Source: Balanoglossus misakiensis (Eukaryota; Animalia; Hemichordata). From it: a DNA stretch of 64,000 nucleotides. The notes beneath the pieces are model-generated. The model was not told where the DNA came from. It saw nothing but the letters and a program-made list of their open reading frames with translations, and did no database searches. Of this stretch, positions 1-13,437 are shown in pieces. Each line of letters opens with the position of its first letter. The first letter of the stretch is position 1. The translations under genes and the position numbers were made by a program. Location: NCBI GenBank assembly GCA_040954595.2, contig CM082593.2:6915943-6979942 (forward strand), in the 5' to 3' direction.

Positions 1-1073
1 CAAATCAGTAATATGACATGGACAATATACTAGTACCCGCATTTCAACTGACAACTTTTTTATTTGACAAAACATGTGAATACTTGGGTAAAGCATAAAT
101 TAGTGGAATTGAAATAGTCATGAAAGCGAAAGAACTTTTTCCACCATAAGTTGAGAGCAGTTCATCTCGCGTTAGTATCAAGAAGATTCCGATTTCTCAG
201 CAAGAGTGTTAATTTCAACCAGATGCAAGTGGCGTAGAAGGCAACATTCTCTTGAGCCATTATTGAAAACTTCTTTGGAATATATAATTTCATGTGACTT
301 ATAGTTTCAATCTCCCAGAATTCCTTCGTCTCCCAATTCTTGACATACAGTGGCATTGTAAACATTGTAAAATTCTCAAGAGGTGAATATGAAAGAAACT
401 TTTATGAAAACATATTCCACCATCAGAAACCTTTCAGACACTGACATCCTTTCTTCCAAATAACTTTTTATACCAGGAAATTTGCCAAGTCTCACATGAT
501 TGTGAGAAACAGACAGTCTTAAACAGGAAGTATATTGTTTCACAAAGACCCTTTCAGTTTCATCTTGGTTTCAGGAAAAAATTGAAAACACCCAAGACAC
601 AAGCAAATTACAGTTATTTTGAAATTTTATGTTTAATTGGAATTAGAGGACTGACCTTTTGCAAGTCAGACACTGGTCTTTGTAACCTATTCTGAACTTT
701 GTAACCTTTGACCTGTAGTGCTATGCCATGGCAAAAGGTGGATTTTTCTTTCGACTGGTGAAAATAATTTTAAGAAAATGGAGAGAAATGTTTCTGATAT
801 TGTTTCCAAACATCTGTAGTTGCGAATAGACAGTAGAAACGTCAAAGATTAGACAAGTATTGCTTGGTTGTGGAAAAGATTATCATAGTCATTAGGCATA
901 TGTACTAACTTCTGATTTCTGTCTGTATTTCATTTCTTTAATCTTCACTTTTTTCCTGTTTTTATAGTGCCCTGTTATCATCAAATGGTGCCGTCCGAAA
1001 CTATGGAACCACCACATGCATTCCAGTGAAACGGGAAATCTGCAGTAAAGCCTTATTAAACGGCCATCTCACC

Positions 1074-4000
1074 ATGGCGGAAAAAGACATCAGGAATCTT
1101 GATGGCAGTATAGAGGACTGCAAAGTCAAAAGTGACAGCGTTGATGAAGTCGGCTTAAGCAAGAGCCACTCCAGGAGCAAGAGGTGCATCCGTCGCTGTG
1201 ATAAGTGGTGTGCACCGTGTCTGATCAAGTACCACAGTCCACCAACACATGGCGATTCACGTTGCTACAAGTATGATACTTTTCGTTCCTTGGTGGGAAA
1301 AAAATGTCATGTTTCCCAACACACCAATTCTTAAAATCATAAGTTGTCTTAGCTTAAGTTGAGCCAGTGGAGATGATTATAATGCAGGCCTGCTCTTGGT
1401 TGATTGAAGACTTAGATACCTTTCTCAGACTTGTCTCAGTACTGCTAGTTCTTGGTCCATGTGCTTGAGTGAAGAAGGCTCACACACAGAAAAATCCACC
1501 ATAGAGTCATTATCAAGAATTTCAATCTCATGACTCTGATAGATGCTCTCCAAGATAGCCACAGACAGCAGAAGCTCCATCATCCCTTTTTTTGCAGAAT
1601 CTGGGGACTTGGTTGGCATGTTTTTTCGCTGGGTGTGTGTAAGCCCAGCGAAAAAACACGCCAATCGGGATTCCTTATAAAATAACAGAACATCTCCCTG
1701 TTTCTTTTATTTCTTTCAGATACAAATACACTTTTCTGTGTCCGCCACATGGTAACTTTGCCACTGGGATCTTGTACATATTACTTGTGTTTATAGTCTG
1801 GGGTACCATGTGGGCCATGACTAAGGAAGAGGCTTTACCTGGAGGGAATTTGTTTGCGTTGTTTATACTCTGGGTGGCTGCTGTCCTCGGTGGTGTGCTT
1901 GTGTCATTCATTAAACTACCCCCACTTTTAGGTAAGTGTGACTTATCAGTCTGCCTCCACTTTTTATGGTAAGTGTGATTTCACGTATCACATGACCTCT
2001 GCTTTTAGGTTTGCGCAGTGTCACTGATCAAACTACATATGTATCTCCACTATTAATTTTAAACACTTTGTGTAGCGTTTCTTGAGTCATGTAATGACCT
2101 GTTGTTGAGGCGCCCCTGCTCCCAATTCACATTAACCCTTACGTTTAGTTCTGAAATGCTGTGATGTCAAGCGAAACAGTACCACCTCTGAGTTGAAATT
2201 ACCATGCCATTCATCAAAAACTGAAAAGGGCAATTTATACCCCAGCACCATACAACAGAAGTCACATCATGTGTAGTTGCAGAATTGAAGACTGATACGG
2301 AGAACAAAGAACCCACAGAGTCTTCTCTGTACAACACATCCAGTCAACATTCTTTTTCCACCCCAGTAGCTAACCCTGCATTTTTTCCTCTTACCCCCCT
2401 CCTCCCACAGGTATGCTTATAGTGGGCGTCATGCTGCGAAATATACCGTACATCGACATAGCCAAAGATATCGAACCGGAGTGGTCGATATCGCTGCGAA
2501 ACATAGCATTTACAGTGATACTTTTACGCGCGGGGCTGGGACTGGACGCCGAGGCGCTGAAGAAGTTGAAAGTTGTGTGTTTACGTCTGGCGTTCACTCC
2601 GTGCTCGATAGAGTGCATAACGGCGGCGATAGTCGGGTTTCTGCTGCTTGGTTTGCCGTGGGACTGGGGCTTCATGTTAGGGTGAGTGCTCTTTTTCACT
2701 GCGATCATTTTACAGAATGACTTTCAGGGAATCAGAACGGATTGGCGTGGGTTCTTCTGGAGGTCATGAAAGTTTTGTCATTTTGGTCGTATCATGGCCT
2801 CTCCACACAGACCGTGGACGTATCTTAACGCGAGCACTGGTATGAATAATATACCAAAGTACAGCCAGATCGGTTTGTCATGCAGAGTTGCTGTCTCTCT
2901 TGTAAAACTGTGCTGAACTTACAAGTAGAGTTTTGTAATGTACACTTACTGCTGGAACTATGACGATTTTCCCTGTAGACTGGGAGACATGCTATCACAT
3001 GTACAGGGAGATTGGATGTAGTTGAAAAGTGTATGTGGTAAAGCGCCTATCATAATGTTATCTTGGCCTTACTTATACATGTAGTAGTGTTCAGTTCATT
3101 CTGGCGCTCGCAATACTAGTATTTCACAGATCCCCTTCTTATATACTGTAGCATTTATGATAGATCAGGCCTTTGACATATCTTCTAAAATCTTGGAGAG
3201 TACAAAACAGAGCAAATTGTTCCACCAAATACTGATTCTGTTGTCTCGTCTCAGATTTGTTTTAGGTGCCGTTTCGCCAGCAGTGGTGGTGCCCTCTTTG
3301 TTGAGCTTGCAAGATCGAGGCTTTGGCGTGAATAAAGGAATACCGACTCTTGTCATAGCCGCGGCCAGTGTGGATGATGTCCTGGCTATTACCGGATTCA
3401 GTGTGGTCCTAGGAATTACATTCTCTACAGGTAATCAAAATGCCTAAAATATACTTTTGATTTATTGTAGCTACTCGTGTTGCATTACAGGGTCTCATGT
3501 TGCTGTTATTCCAGTGTGAAGAGCCAAATAAGTCTTATTACTGCAATTATGTTGCAATCAAAATTTTCCATGTTTTGAGTTTCTGCTGTCGTTTTTGGTC
3601 AAACATATTTTCTTCTGCAAGTCCAAGATGGCTTTGATATTTGGCTTGCCAGACACAGTGGGGAGCCTTTATTGCTTTCCGCAGTGGGAGGGAAAATGCA
3701 AATATTTGTTTTTAGATAAATGTAGTGACCCTCATGCACCTGTTGGCTGATTGACCTTCAATTCCTTGGCATCCAGTTTTATTCATAGGCGTGTTCATAT
3801 CTGATAAGTGTCACATTGTGCACTCACTTGCATGGAGTGTGTTGATATTTAGTTTAATTTATGACCCTAATATCTTTGTGACCTCCAGTGATATACTGTA
3901 AAACACTTTATTTTCGCAAGCAATAAATTTTTCACGAAATACGCGAGAGCCAAATTAGCGTGAAAATAAAAATTCGCGTAAATATTTTTTGAAGATAACG

Positions 4001-6489
4001 ATGCAGTGAATGAAATAAGAGAAGGCGAAAATTAATACTCGCGAAACAATGGCCTCGCTCGATATCGCGAAAATTTTAACTCGCGAAAATAAAGTGTTTT
4101 ACAGTACATCCAACATTTCTTACTTCACTGAAAAACCACCATCCAACAAACATGGCACCAGTTCATTTGATATCCCTTTTATTTCGTCTCAAGGTAGCAT
4201 AGTGTTGACTATATTCCGTGGACCAATTGAAGTTTTGGTTGGCATTTTTCTGGGGATTGTCTTTGGCGCCATCATGTGGTACATCCCACATAAAGACAAG
4301 GTGAGAAAGAAATTATGTACGCTATAATATATCAGCCACGGTCAAGGGTGATAAAAAAATTGTATCTTGCTGTTTGGCGCCCTCTGTGGCGGTAACAGAT
4401 TTTACTGATATCCATGCTAGAATGTGTGTCTGACACAATTTCGTAAATTTGGTTGAGGAAAGCTTTATACTTGGCTAGCAAAGCTTTCCTACGGTAATTA
4501 ACCAAGCCTTGTGAGATTTTGCAATGTGCAGAAGATCATCTATTATTATTGAATCCTAATTCTTCTTACAGGCATCTCTGATTGGCTACCGTAGTTTCTT
4601 CCTGTTTGCCAGTGGATTATTAACATTATTTTGTACTGGGTCGCTGAAGTTGCCCGGTTCGGGACCGTTGGCAGTACTGACCATGGCGTTTGTAGCAGCT
4701 CAGAGATGGAAAGATGAAAAGGTGTGTTATAGTATTGACTGATGGCAACCATTTTTGGCATAATTAGTCTGTATGGCTGCAGTTCAACCCTCTCACCACC
4801 ATGGTTTGGTCCAAATCCATTGCTTTCTATGGTAAAGTTGGACCTCTGCAATGGGAGGCAGGGGTGAAAAGGCCAAATTTACCGGTCATCTTTGTTGAGT
4901 CTAAACCACAAACTTTCAGAGCTGCCCTCCAACAACGACATGAAACAAAAAGTCATGGAATATGTGCTTGTATGTATACATCCGGCTGAACTCCGTTTTC
5001 ATTCCAAAATGTCTGTTAAAGGAGACTGTTTTAATTTACTTTACACACTGTTGTCTTGTCAGGTTCCCGTTGAAGATGTAATCGATTCCTTGTGGACTTT
5101 CTTCCAACCATTCCTGTTTGCGCTGATTGGTGCTGAGATACTTATAGAGAATCTAGATCCTAATACTATAGGTAAGGTTCCAGTATGCAGCCAATGTAGT
5201 CATTGTGAAGTTCCGATATTTTTTAGATTGGAGCCGAGATTATTTGAATTTACGATCCAAAAAATTAGAATGCCTCTCTGTCTTTCTACAGGTCTTGGAA
5301 TTGGGTTGTTAGCAATATGTCTGGTTGTGCGAATGACCGTCACGTTCTTCGTTGTGCTCAGATCGGGTCTCACCATCAAGGAGAGACTGTTTATAGCGTT
5401 GGCATGGTTACCCAAAGCCACTGTACAGGTGAGTGTGAGTTTTGAGCAATGCTGTGAAATGGTGAAATGAGTCGGGGTTGTGAATGTGAAATTCCAAAAG
5501 TGTTGGACAATTCTGGCTGCCTTAAATAGGTTTTCACTTTGCGCTAAGGGGTCAAATCACATTGCATTCTGGTCGAAAAATCGGCCATCTTGAAATTGTG
5601 TCGAAAATGTGAGATTTTTATTACCCACTTAGGTAGCCAAAAACCTATTTAAGGTCGGGAGAATTCTTCCGAGGAAAGTGTAGGACATGAGTGCGCCCTC
5701 ACTCAGTTCACAGTGTAGGACAATCCTGCAGTCAATATCGACTGATCGGTGACCTACAGGTACATGTATGTATTTTCTGTCTTCAGGCTGCCATTGGCGG
5801 AATAGCCTATGACACAGCAAGAGAAAGAGAGGCTGGGGAGGAAGCAATTCATCTCGGTATCCAGGTAAAAAATACTAATTTTTTCGCTTCTTGTACCCTT
5901 GACGTTACGGCCTGAAAAATGATCGCTCAGTTGGAGGAATATAAAAAAAAATTTTGAACATTTTGTAATGAACTTATGTGGTTTATAATCTATGTGACAA
6001 GTGGCCATTATTAACTAGGCAGATGCCCTGTGTTATTCTGGTCACTAGTTTGCCCCCCCCCCCTCCCCACCCATTTGCAGCTGCATGTGCAAATGAGGCA
6101 TGTCATGCCATTCTTTCCAAGGCCACAGTTTATCGAGCAATGTGATTGGTGAATGTGGATTTTTTTATAGTGGCCAGGTAATTGATAACAGCATTCACAA
6201 AGGTGGAAGCTTGTCAATCTAGGTGCCTTACCATGAAAATCTCAATCTCATGGGATTTGCATGTTTTTTTGTGTCACCACAGGTATTAACAATAGCCGTG
6301 CTGTCCATTATCATCACGGCTCCAATCGGGGCGGCGGCCATTGCGTTAAGCGGACCACGACTGCTTCACAAATCAGAAGACGCGAAATACAAAAAAGATG
6401 ACGATGCAGGCGAGAGAAAAAACAGGATAGAGGATGAGGTAGAGGAGGACACTCACGTCGCCATGCTGACGACAGAATCAGGCGTCTGA
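1074..6489 (+). CDS. SLC9B2: SLC9B/NHA-family Na+/H+ antiporter (NHA1/NHA2-like), 10 coding exons, about 547 aa
   Basis: Exons 1074-1270, 1720-1931, 2411-2681, 3255-3430, 4194-4300, 4572-4721, 5063-5171, 5292-5428, 5787-5864, 6283-6489. All introns are GT-AG with compatible phases; total 1644 nt. Family motifs: CPPHG, LPGGNLF, LPPLLGML, ILLRAGLGLD, GFVLGAVSPAVVVP, GIPTLVIAAASVDDV (ion-binding DD), FQPFLFALIG, AWLPKATVQAAIG, VLSIIITAPIGA. ATG at 1074 has good context (accATGG), but the frame is open back to an acceptor at 967, so the N-terminus could be longer. Confidence 0.93.
3894..4106. mobile_element. MITE with about 24-bp TIRs and TA target site (Tc1/mariner-type non-autonomous element) in an SLC9B intron
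   Basis: Left end TACTGTAAAACACTTTATTTTCGC and right end GCGAAAATAAAGTGTTTTACAGTA are exact reverse complements. The interior is rich in CGCGAAA motifs. Confidence 0.85.
4784..4876 (+). mobile_element. About 90-bp piggyBac-like mini-MITE, copy 1 (SLC9B intron)
   Basis: Shares CACCACCATGGTT..GTCCAAA....CTATGGTAAAGTTGGACCTCT with 24470-24562 and with the reverse complement of 30843-30937. Degenerate ends CCCTCTCACC...GGTGAAAAGG. Confidence 0.7.
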
Positions 6490-6524
6490 TAAAAAATATT
6501 CTGATGGCAGTATTTGATGGTAAA

Positions 6525-6829
6525 TTAACCCTAATGCTACTGGGTGTTTAACCTGGTTAGAGTGTCAAGTCCCTTAAAATACATATTTGCCACTTTTTCT
6601 TCTAAAACGTATTTTGACTGTCTTGACATGGCTCTCATACGTACTTAGACATACTTGGCAGTCTGAGCCCCCTGTAAAATGTACCAAATCGCACTGGTTT
6701 GTACTGTATTGGTCTGAGGGTCTTGTATTGAATAACACACACTTGGCAGCCTAACAGGCCTGGGAGCCAGGATTCTAGGCACCCTGGATATCACACCAGT
6801 TTTAACTGACTTGGCAGCGTTAGGGTTAA
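6525..6829. mobile_element. piggyBac-like non-autonomous element (TTAA TSD) in the SLC9B 3' UTR
   Basis: TTAA-CCCTAATGCTAC ... GCAGCGTTAGGG-TTAA: TTAA on both sides, CCC/GGG termini and imperfect 12-bp TIRs. Confidence 0.75.
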
Positions 6830-8799
6830 AGTTGTATGAAAAAAGAGGTTAAAGAGTTGCTGTATGACCCATGCAATTACTGTAGCCATCGATTGATAAG
6901 TACAGTTTAGAGACACAGGTAGCTCATTTAAAATTCAGAATGTACAGATTGTCTGTAAGAATAAAATTCTTCACGTATCAGCCATTGAGGTGTGGAATTA
7001 AATTGCACTAAAAGCTAAGCATACTAAAAATGTGATAGTATTATTTTCTGTCTTTCAGCCATCACTGCTGTCATCCCGCTGCATTGATATTGTACCTAGA
7101 CTTTGTTCTCTATGTGTAGCTATTAATCCGGGATTGTTTTTTTTTGTGTGTAGTTGCTATAAGAGACTGCTTTATCATTCGTTTGCTGCACCCAAAGCTC
7201 ATAACCATTCTCCTGACTGAAAAACTGGTGAACATTAACATCTGTTGAAATGCTTTCATTGCGTGTAACTCTGGGTCTTTCGGTTCTATCTGGATGCTGG
7301 ATTAGATGCCAGCAATCTTGTTACAAATTCAGTATGTTAAAAAGATAACATTTCTCCAATGATGTAGGTTTCTGCCGTCAAATGTTTTGTGTATCAGTGA
7401 TAAACCATCGAAGTATTTTCACCTTTGGTATTTTAGGAGAATTGTAACTATCACATGCCTGCAATTCTGCCAAAATTAGCTTTCTTGGGAATCTGGGATA
7501 TTGAGAAAGGTCTTAGGTTAAAGGTCAACATGAGAGCCATGACATAAAAAACTTTGGGCAGGTGTTATGATTCTTCTAAGAGATTTTATAAAATATTTTT
7601 TTTATTACTTTTTTGGGTACCAACTCAGGTAGAAAAGCTGCCCTTTTTTAAAAGTTTTCAGTCATTAAAAATGAAAATACTGGACTCAAAACAGGGTTCA
7701 TGAATGTTATTTACCCATGTTTGTAAGAGGCTGACATAGGAATTATGGCAGCTTTGAATATTTTCGACAACATTTTGGCTGAAGTACGAAGTTCACAACA
7801 GAAACAAGAGTCTTACTTTCAGAAACTTATTCACAGGACCATCATAGATAAAATCCTACCACAAGCTATATCCATTTCTTTCTGCCAAAATTTGCATCAG
7901 TTTTTGGAATGGCGACAACCTTAGGACTGGAATCGGTGAAATCTTTCTGAATAAATCAAATTATTGTGTGATACTGTCCGAAATGTATAATTTTTGAAAT
8001 GTTTATGTAAAAAAATCCTTTCTTTTGAGTTTTGTCATATAACTCATGTTTTCCCAAATTTATTTTTTTGAAAGTCAAACTTATGTAAATTTGTTTATTT
8101 TAAATGAAAAGTGTGGAATTTATGGATCATATACATTTATGTTCTCCTGTATATTCATAGGTAAGTTATTGTCTGTCATAGTGACAAATGTTCTGTGAGA
8201 CGGTACCTCCCCTTGTCTAGAACAGAGATGGGTTCCATTATTTTAAGGGGGTGATGGAACTGTTTGGAGGGACATTATGTGTGTTTACACTTGAACATGA
8301 TTATAAGGTTTGTTGTCCTTATGAAAATTCAGTGTTTGACCTGGCAGGTAAGATGTGCCTTCTCTCATTGGGGAAAACCGGCAATCGTGCATTGAAGATG
8401 GAAAACTTTTACCCATAATTGTAATTTATTGCAGACATTATCTTTCATTGCTACGTTCAGGGAAGTAATATGAGTGCTTGTATTTTGTAAAGTGCGTTTA
8501 CAAGTACTCCTTGTAAGTTGGAACTTGATTTTCAATATATGTCACTAGAGGGCGCTCTTTATACCGGAAGTATTCACTTTTTTGTGTGTGTGTGCAAAAT
8601 ATTTTGAGTTGATGAAAGTGTACAATTGTTCAATCATCGGTTTCAATCAAAATGCAGTCAACTCTTAATAACCCTCTTAAGTTTATTGTTTTGCTGTTGT
8701 AAAATTTTATTTTGTGACTGTCCAACAGTTCACTTTATTTGCATCCTCATTCAATGATTCGACAACTTTTGCTTGCTAGATTGATTTTGTAATAATTGA

Positions 8800-8805
8800 A
8801 ATAAA
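8800..8805 (+). terminator. Candidate polyadenylation signal for SLC9B (AATAAA)
   Basis: AATAAA follows a long U-rich UTR-like tract and precedes GT/T-rich sequence. An alternative AATAAA lies at 6960. Confidence 0.35.
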
Positions 8806-11800
8806 GCAGAATGCTTCTTTGATCATTTTGCAGTGTTTTGAAGCTCAGCCTGGACATTCACAGACTTTCAATTATCTCACAGACATCCATCCCTGCCGGC
8901 CCCGCCCTCACAGTTCGAGTGACCATCACCAATGACATCACAGTTCCTCATGAATATGCAAATAAATGAATCCATCTTCAAGATTCTGACCAATTTCAGG
9001 TGAGGTTGCATAATTGTGAGGACAAACACTGAACTGGTATCTAAATTTGTTCTTAGTAATTGTAACAATGGAAGTTGTGAATAACTGGGGGTCTGTCATG
9101 TTCAAAGAATTGACTGACCCTGCCAAGAGACATCAAGTTTCTTGCAAATTTCTGTTTGTGTTGGTCAGCCTAGCCATGTATGCATGCGTATACAGGTGGC
9201 ACAATTCAAACCTCGCATAGACAATCAGTATTTAAATGATTGCATCACAAATGAGACAATATTGAACCACTCAAAATGCGTTACTTTGCGTACATACAAG
9301 TACTTGAATATGTTTTTTTTTTAAATTAAAACTTGGCATTCTCGAGTGGGATAGAAATGATGGCAACTGATGTAAAAACATTCTTGTTTTTGTTTTTGCT
9401 ACAGACTTGATGTTTGATTCAGTGGGTATACCAGATTTGCATAGGGTGGCATTGAAAATAACATCTGTTCATTTCTATATTTATCATTTGGAGTGAGATG
9501 GACAAAACAAGTTGGTTGCATAACATTACAAGACTGTCAGGTAGTTTAGCTGGGTGCATACTAGCTGCAGTTCAGTAGCTCGAGGTTTTTCTTGTTGGTT
9601 TTGGGGTTTATAGATGGCAAAACTGGTTTTGCTGTCCAAACACAAATATCAGGCAAAACCTACCGCTACTGAACTGCAGGTAGGTGCATGCATGACTTTG
9701 CATTTGTCGAACCATTATTTCTGGTATACGTGTCCACAATGTTTGAATCAGCATGGAGTTTTATGGCTCAAAATTATGTCAAAATATTCTGACTGTAGCT
9801 GCTGGTGGTTTTGAGGGATTGGTCAGCCTTGGTTGCTCTTCTGAAAATTATGCATGTGTTCCTAAAGTCGAGCATGAACTTGTATTCACTATTCATCCTG
9901 GGTCCTGGCATTTGTTTTGTTGTACAAACTTTCAGCAGATTATGATAGTTTACTTTCAATCAGAATCAGTTAATCAGGTTCTTCTTTTTAGAAAAAAATA
10001 ATTTTAAAATTCGTCCTCCAACACAGCCAACATCCATCTGACCATCCATCACTAACAAATTATCTTGTGTCCACCCACGGCCCATAAACCAGGATTTTTA
10101 GACCATCCGCTTGGGGGGAAACTCCCTCACCAAAACTTCAAAGCATGTGACCCACATTAACACAGGCTACTGATTATTTAGACAAGCTGGCCCAAGATGC
10201 CACCGTTTGATGATGAAAGAATGCTCATAAAATGAATCTGTGTTGTCAAGGTGACCGACAAAAAGTAGGTCAAAGATGTGAACATTTAAAAAACTACCGT
10301 CTAACAAAAAACACATACCGGGGTAATATGATTTTTTATTACAAAAGATTTGAGATTTATAGTCATAATTTTTTTGTCTTGATTTGTTCTAATAATACAT
10401 GTAATATGTGGATTTGGATATCTGACACAGTTTTTGTGTGGTAACTTTGAAGTAGGTCAAATGATATTGCCTCTCTCTCCACTTGGTGGTTTTTATCACT
10501 GGTACATTTTTGGACTTCTGTATTTCTGTCTTTTTTATTGGAGTGTCCATCAATTGAAACCACAATGCCCACTATACTCCCTAGGGGTCTTGGTGATAAT
10601 GTCCTGTTTGCAAAGACCAGGCCGGAATAAAAGCAAACATACCGCACACAAAAGTTTACTGGTTTTGAAAAGACAACTTTATAAGTGGGTCAGACTACCG
10701 TCTTTATGCAGTGTCTCAATGTAAAGAAACTCAGTCCCAACTATTTTCTTTTTGTTCGATCTTGCAGCAGCTACAAGCTTTTGAACTAAGATAAATGTTT
10801 TTACAAACTCAGAGATTCTAAAAAGTGTAGTGTCAGGAAATGATTTATTTTAAAATAAGTTTCGGTCCAATAAAGAAAAATGTGGGGTGCAAAGTACAGA
10901 AACCTGTACTTCAATACAATCGTAAATGAACAAAAGTAAAAATAATATTTGCTTTTCCATCCAATGTAGGTCAGAATGAGACCTTTGAGCATATAGCGTA
11001 CATAAGGAACTGTTTTCAGTAACCAATAACTGAAGGTTTTTTGCATGTAAGGCAGGCTTATCAACACTTCAACAAAGAAGTTTTGGGTAATTAAAGACAC
11101 ATAGTTCTGCCTTTTATATCTCACCATACATAGAAACATTTCCCCCAGTGAAACATTTTGGTCACTGTTGTGAAATTTTATATATGCTGCACACATTGAT
11201 AATTGTTCTGCATATCAGTTTTCATATACAGTGACCTTGTGTTGACCTTAAAATGGGGTCATATTTCTCACCTCAGATTGCTCATATACTAGATGATTGT
11301 ATAGCTCAAATATTTTCTTTTCGTATGATGATAATTATTTAATTAAACGTAAACAAATGTATTCAGATTAAAACAATCATTCAGTTTATGAGAGACACGT
11401 ATATGTTGTTGATATGCAGGGACAGTTGTAAAAACATTATAACAGTTATTTCAAGTTCTTGTTTTGAAGAAGTTAAACTAATAGTTTTGTATGACCAGGT
11501 TTCACATCATTCTAACCGATCACATCATTGTATGGGCTGTATGGTTACTTTTGTGTACATGTATCAAGCAAAAAAAATTGTTCTTCCAAGGTAGAAAAAT
11601 TCACACACACTGACACTTGTAAACAGGTATCTTTCTTTACCCATCCCGAACCACCCTGACTTTGATAAGCCCATTGGTACAGTGACACAGCTGGACTTCT
11701 CTATTGCAAAATAGGGGTAAAACTAAAAGAGGGGTATTCCATTGTTAGAAATTACCCCCCAAGTGTTCTCCTCCTCAATTCCTGTTGTTCGGTCTATATA

Positions 11801-12080
11801 GTGTAGTTAGGATTATCTCCATTAATTGACAACTATAAATCTGTTCCCAGCCCCATCCCCCTAGCATCACAATGAAACCCTGCAAAGTTTCCCAAGGTTA
11901 CTGTTTGTCTTAAACCCTGGCAAGAATAACAATCAATTTGGCTGAACAGACAAGAAAGACAAGTTGCCTACTACATGTAATTACATGAGCATCTTAATAC
12001 CAGGAAGATCTTTCAAGGACGATGGCTAATCTACCTCTAAATCCTTTCCAGTATGGATGGATAGTGTTGACTGAATTCAG

Positions 12081-12277
12081 TTCTGATCAGAAATGTTTAG
12101 GAAATATCAAAATTTTTACTAATATTTGAACATTTGAGAACAGAATTTGCTTTCAATAAATTGCTACAGTGAGGCTTCTTCACTTCTGGTCAGAAATGTT
12201 TAAGAAATATCAAAAATTTTACTAATATTTGAACATTTCTGGACAGAATTTGCTTTCAGTATTGCTACAGTGAGGCT
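12081..12277. repeat. Diverged tandem duplication, two copies of about 100 bp
   Basis: TTCTG.TCAGAAATGTT.AG.AAATATCAAAA..TTTACTAATATTTGAACATTT...CAGAATTTGCTTTCA...TTGCTACAGTGAGGCT occurs at 12081-12176 and again at 12184-12277. Confidence 0.85.
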
Positions 12278-13342
12278 GGTAAAGTTTCTATCGAGGATCG
12301 ACTGAATGACTGCTTTTATGCTTGTTGCAGGCATTTATGTGTGAGAGTATTTCAGGAAAAGATTTACAGTTAATTTTCTGATGTTGACACAAACAAGAAT
12401 ATTCCTCATCAGTTGTGTGTGTGCATGTGTGTGTGAGTGTGTGTGTGTTTTGATGCATAGTTTAAAGATGTTGACAACATCAGTAACAACAATCTTCAAG
12501 CATGTGCCCGATCAATGCACTCAGAGATAAAGACTCCTCACGGCTTCTCAGGTTCAAAACAGGTTCTGAACGCGTGAATACACAAGGTGATGGCGCAGAT
12601 CGAGCTTAATAATGGATTTCCAGCTGTGCCGCGATAATACCCCACCATTGACATTCTCGTTGCGCTTATTACAACTAGCAAAGTTCAACAACCGATGACA
12701 AAGTCCGACATGAAGGGGAAAAAAATTCCACGCGCGTGTAAGAACTTATATCCTTGTACTGTGTCCAAATTCTTCACAAATCATATCACGAATAACGATT
12801 CTGATGCAATAACTGACCTTCAATATAAAATTTTGACCACCCACACGACACGTATATAATTACGTGAGAACGATTAGGCAGTAAAAAAGGCAACAGAGAA
12901 CTACTGTTAAAATTACTGAAACCTCCCCTGATGACAATAAATGTGACAAATAATACGAACTAATTTGCATATTAACATTGTACACTGTAACAATTGAATG
13001 CAAATGAGCTTTCACTTCCAGTGTTCTAACATTATGCCTTAATAATAATGGTCCAAAATATTTACATAACACTTTGTTGGTTTTTTTAACTGAACAGAAA
13101 GTCAATAGACACGGGGAAATTGGCCCATTTTTGCTACTTGCGTAATCTATACTGGTTTAATACATAAGTGTATTATCAGCATATAATTGATTGACTTTGC
13201 ACAAATTAACTCTATTGTTTAGTCTAGAGTATTATTGATCAACAAATCCATCATATCTGTGTGCATCTGTTCACACGTTTTACTGAGTATGTGCGAAACA
13301 AAAACAGTATACTCAGAGGTGATAACGATTTCCATGGAAGTA

Positions 13343-13437
13343 ATTTACAAGTGAAAAGAGTGTGTGTTTTTTTGCTCACGAGATTTACAAGTTGAAAGAG
13401 GGTTTTTTTAGCTCACGTGATTTACAAGTGAAAAGAT
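13343..13437. repeat. Short minisatellite, about 38-bp unit, about 2.5 copies
   Basis: ATTTACAAGT(G/T)(A/G)AAAGA occurs three times, separated by T-rich spacers ending in GCTCACG. Confidence 0.65.

Noticed and set aside
162-400. ORF 162-365 (-) and a possible upstream SLC9B exon near 304-380 (+)
   Set aside because: No recognisable homology; the splice signals are weak and cannot be confirmed without transcripts.
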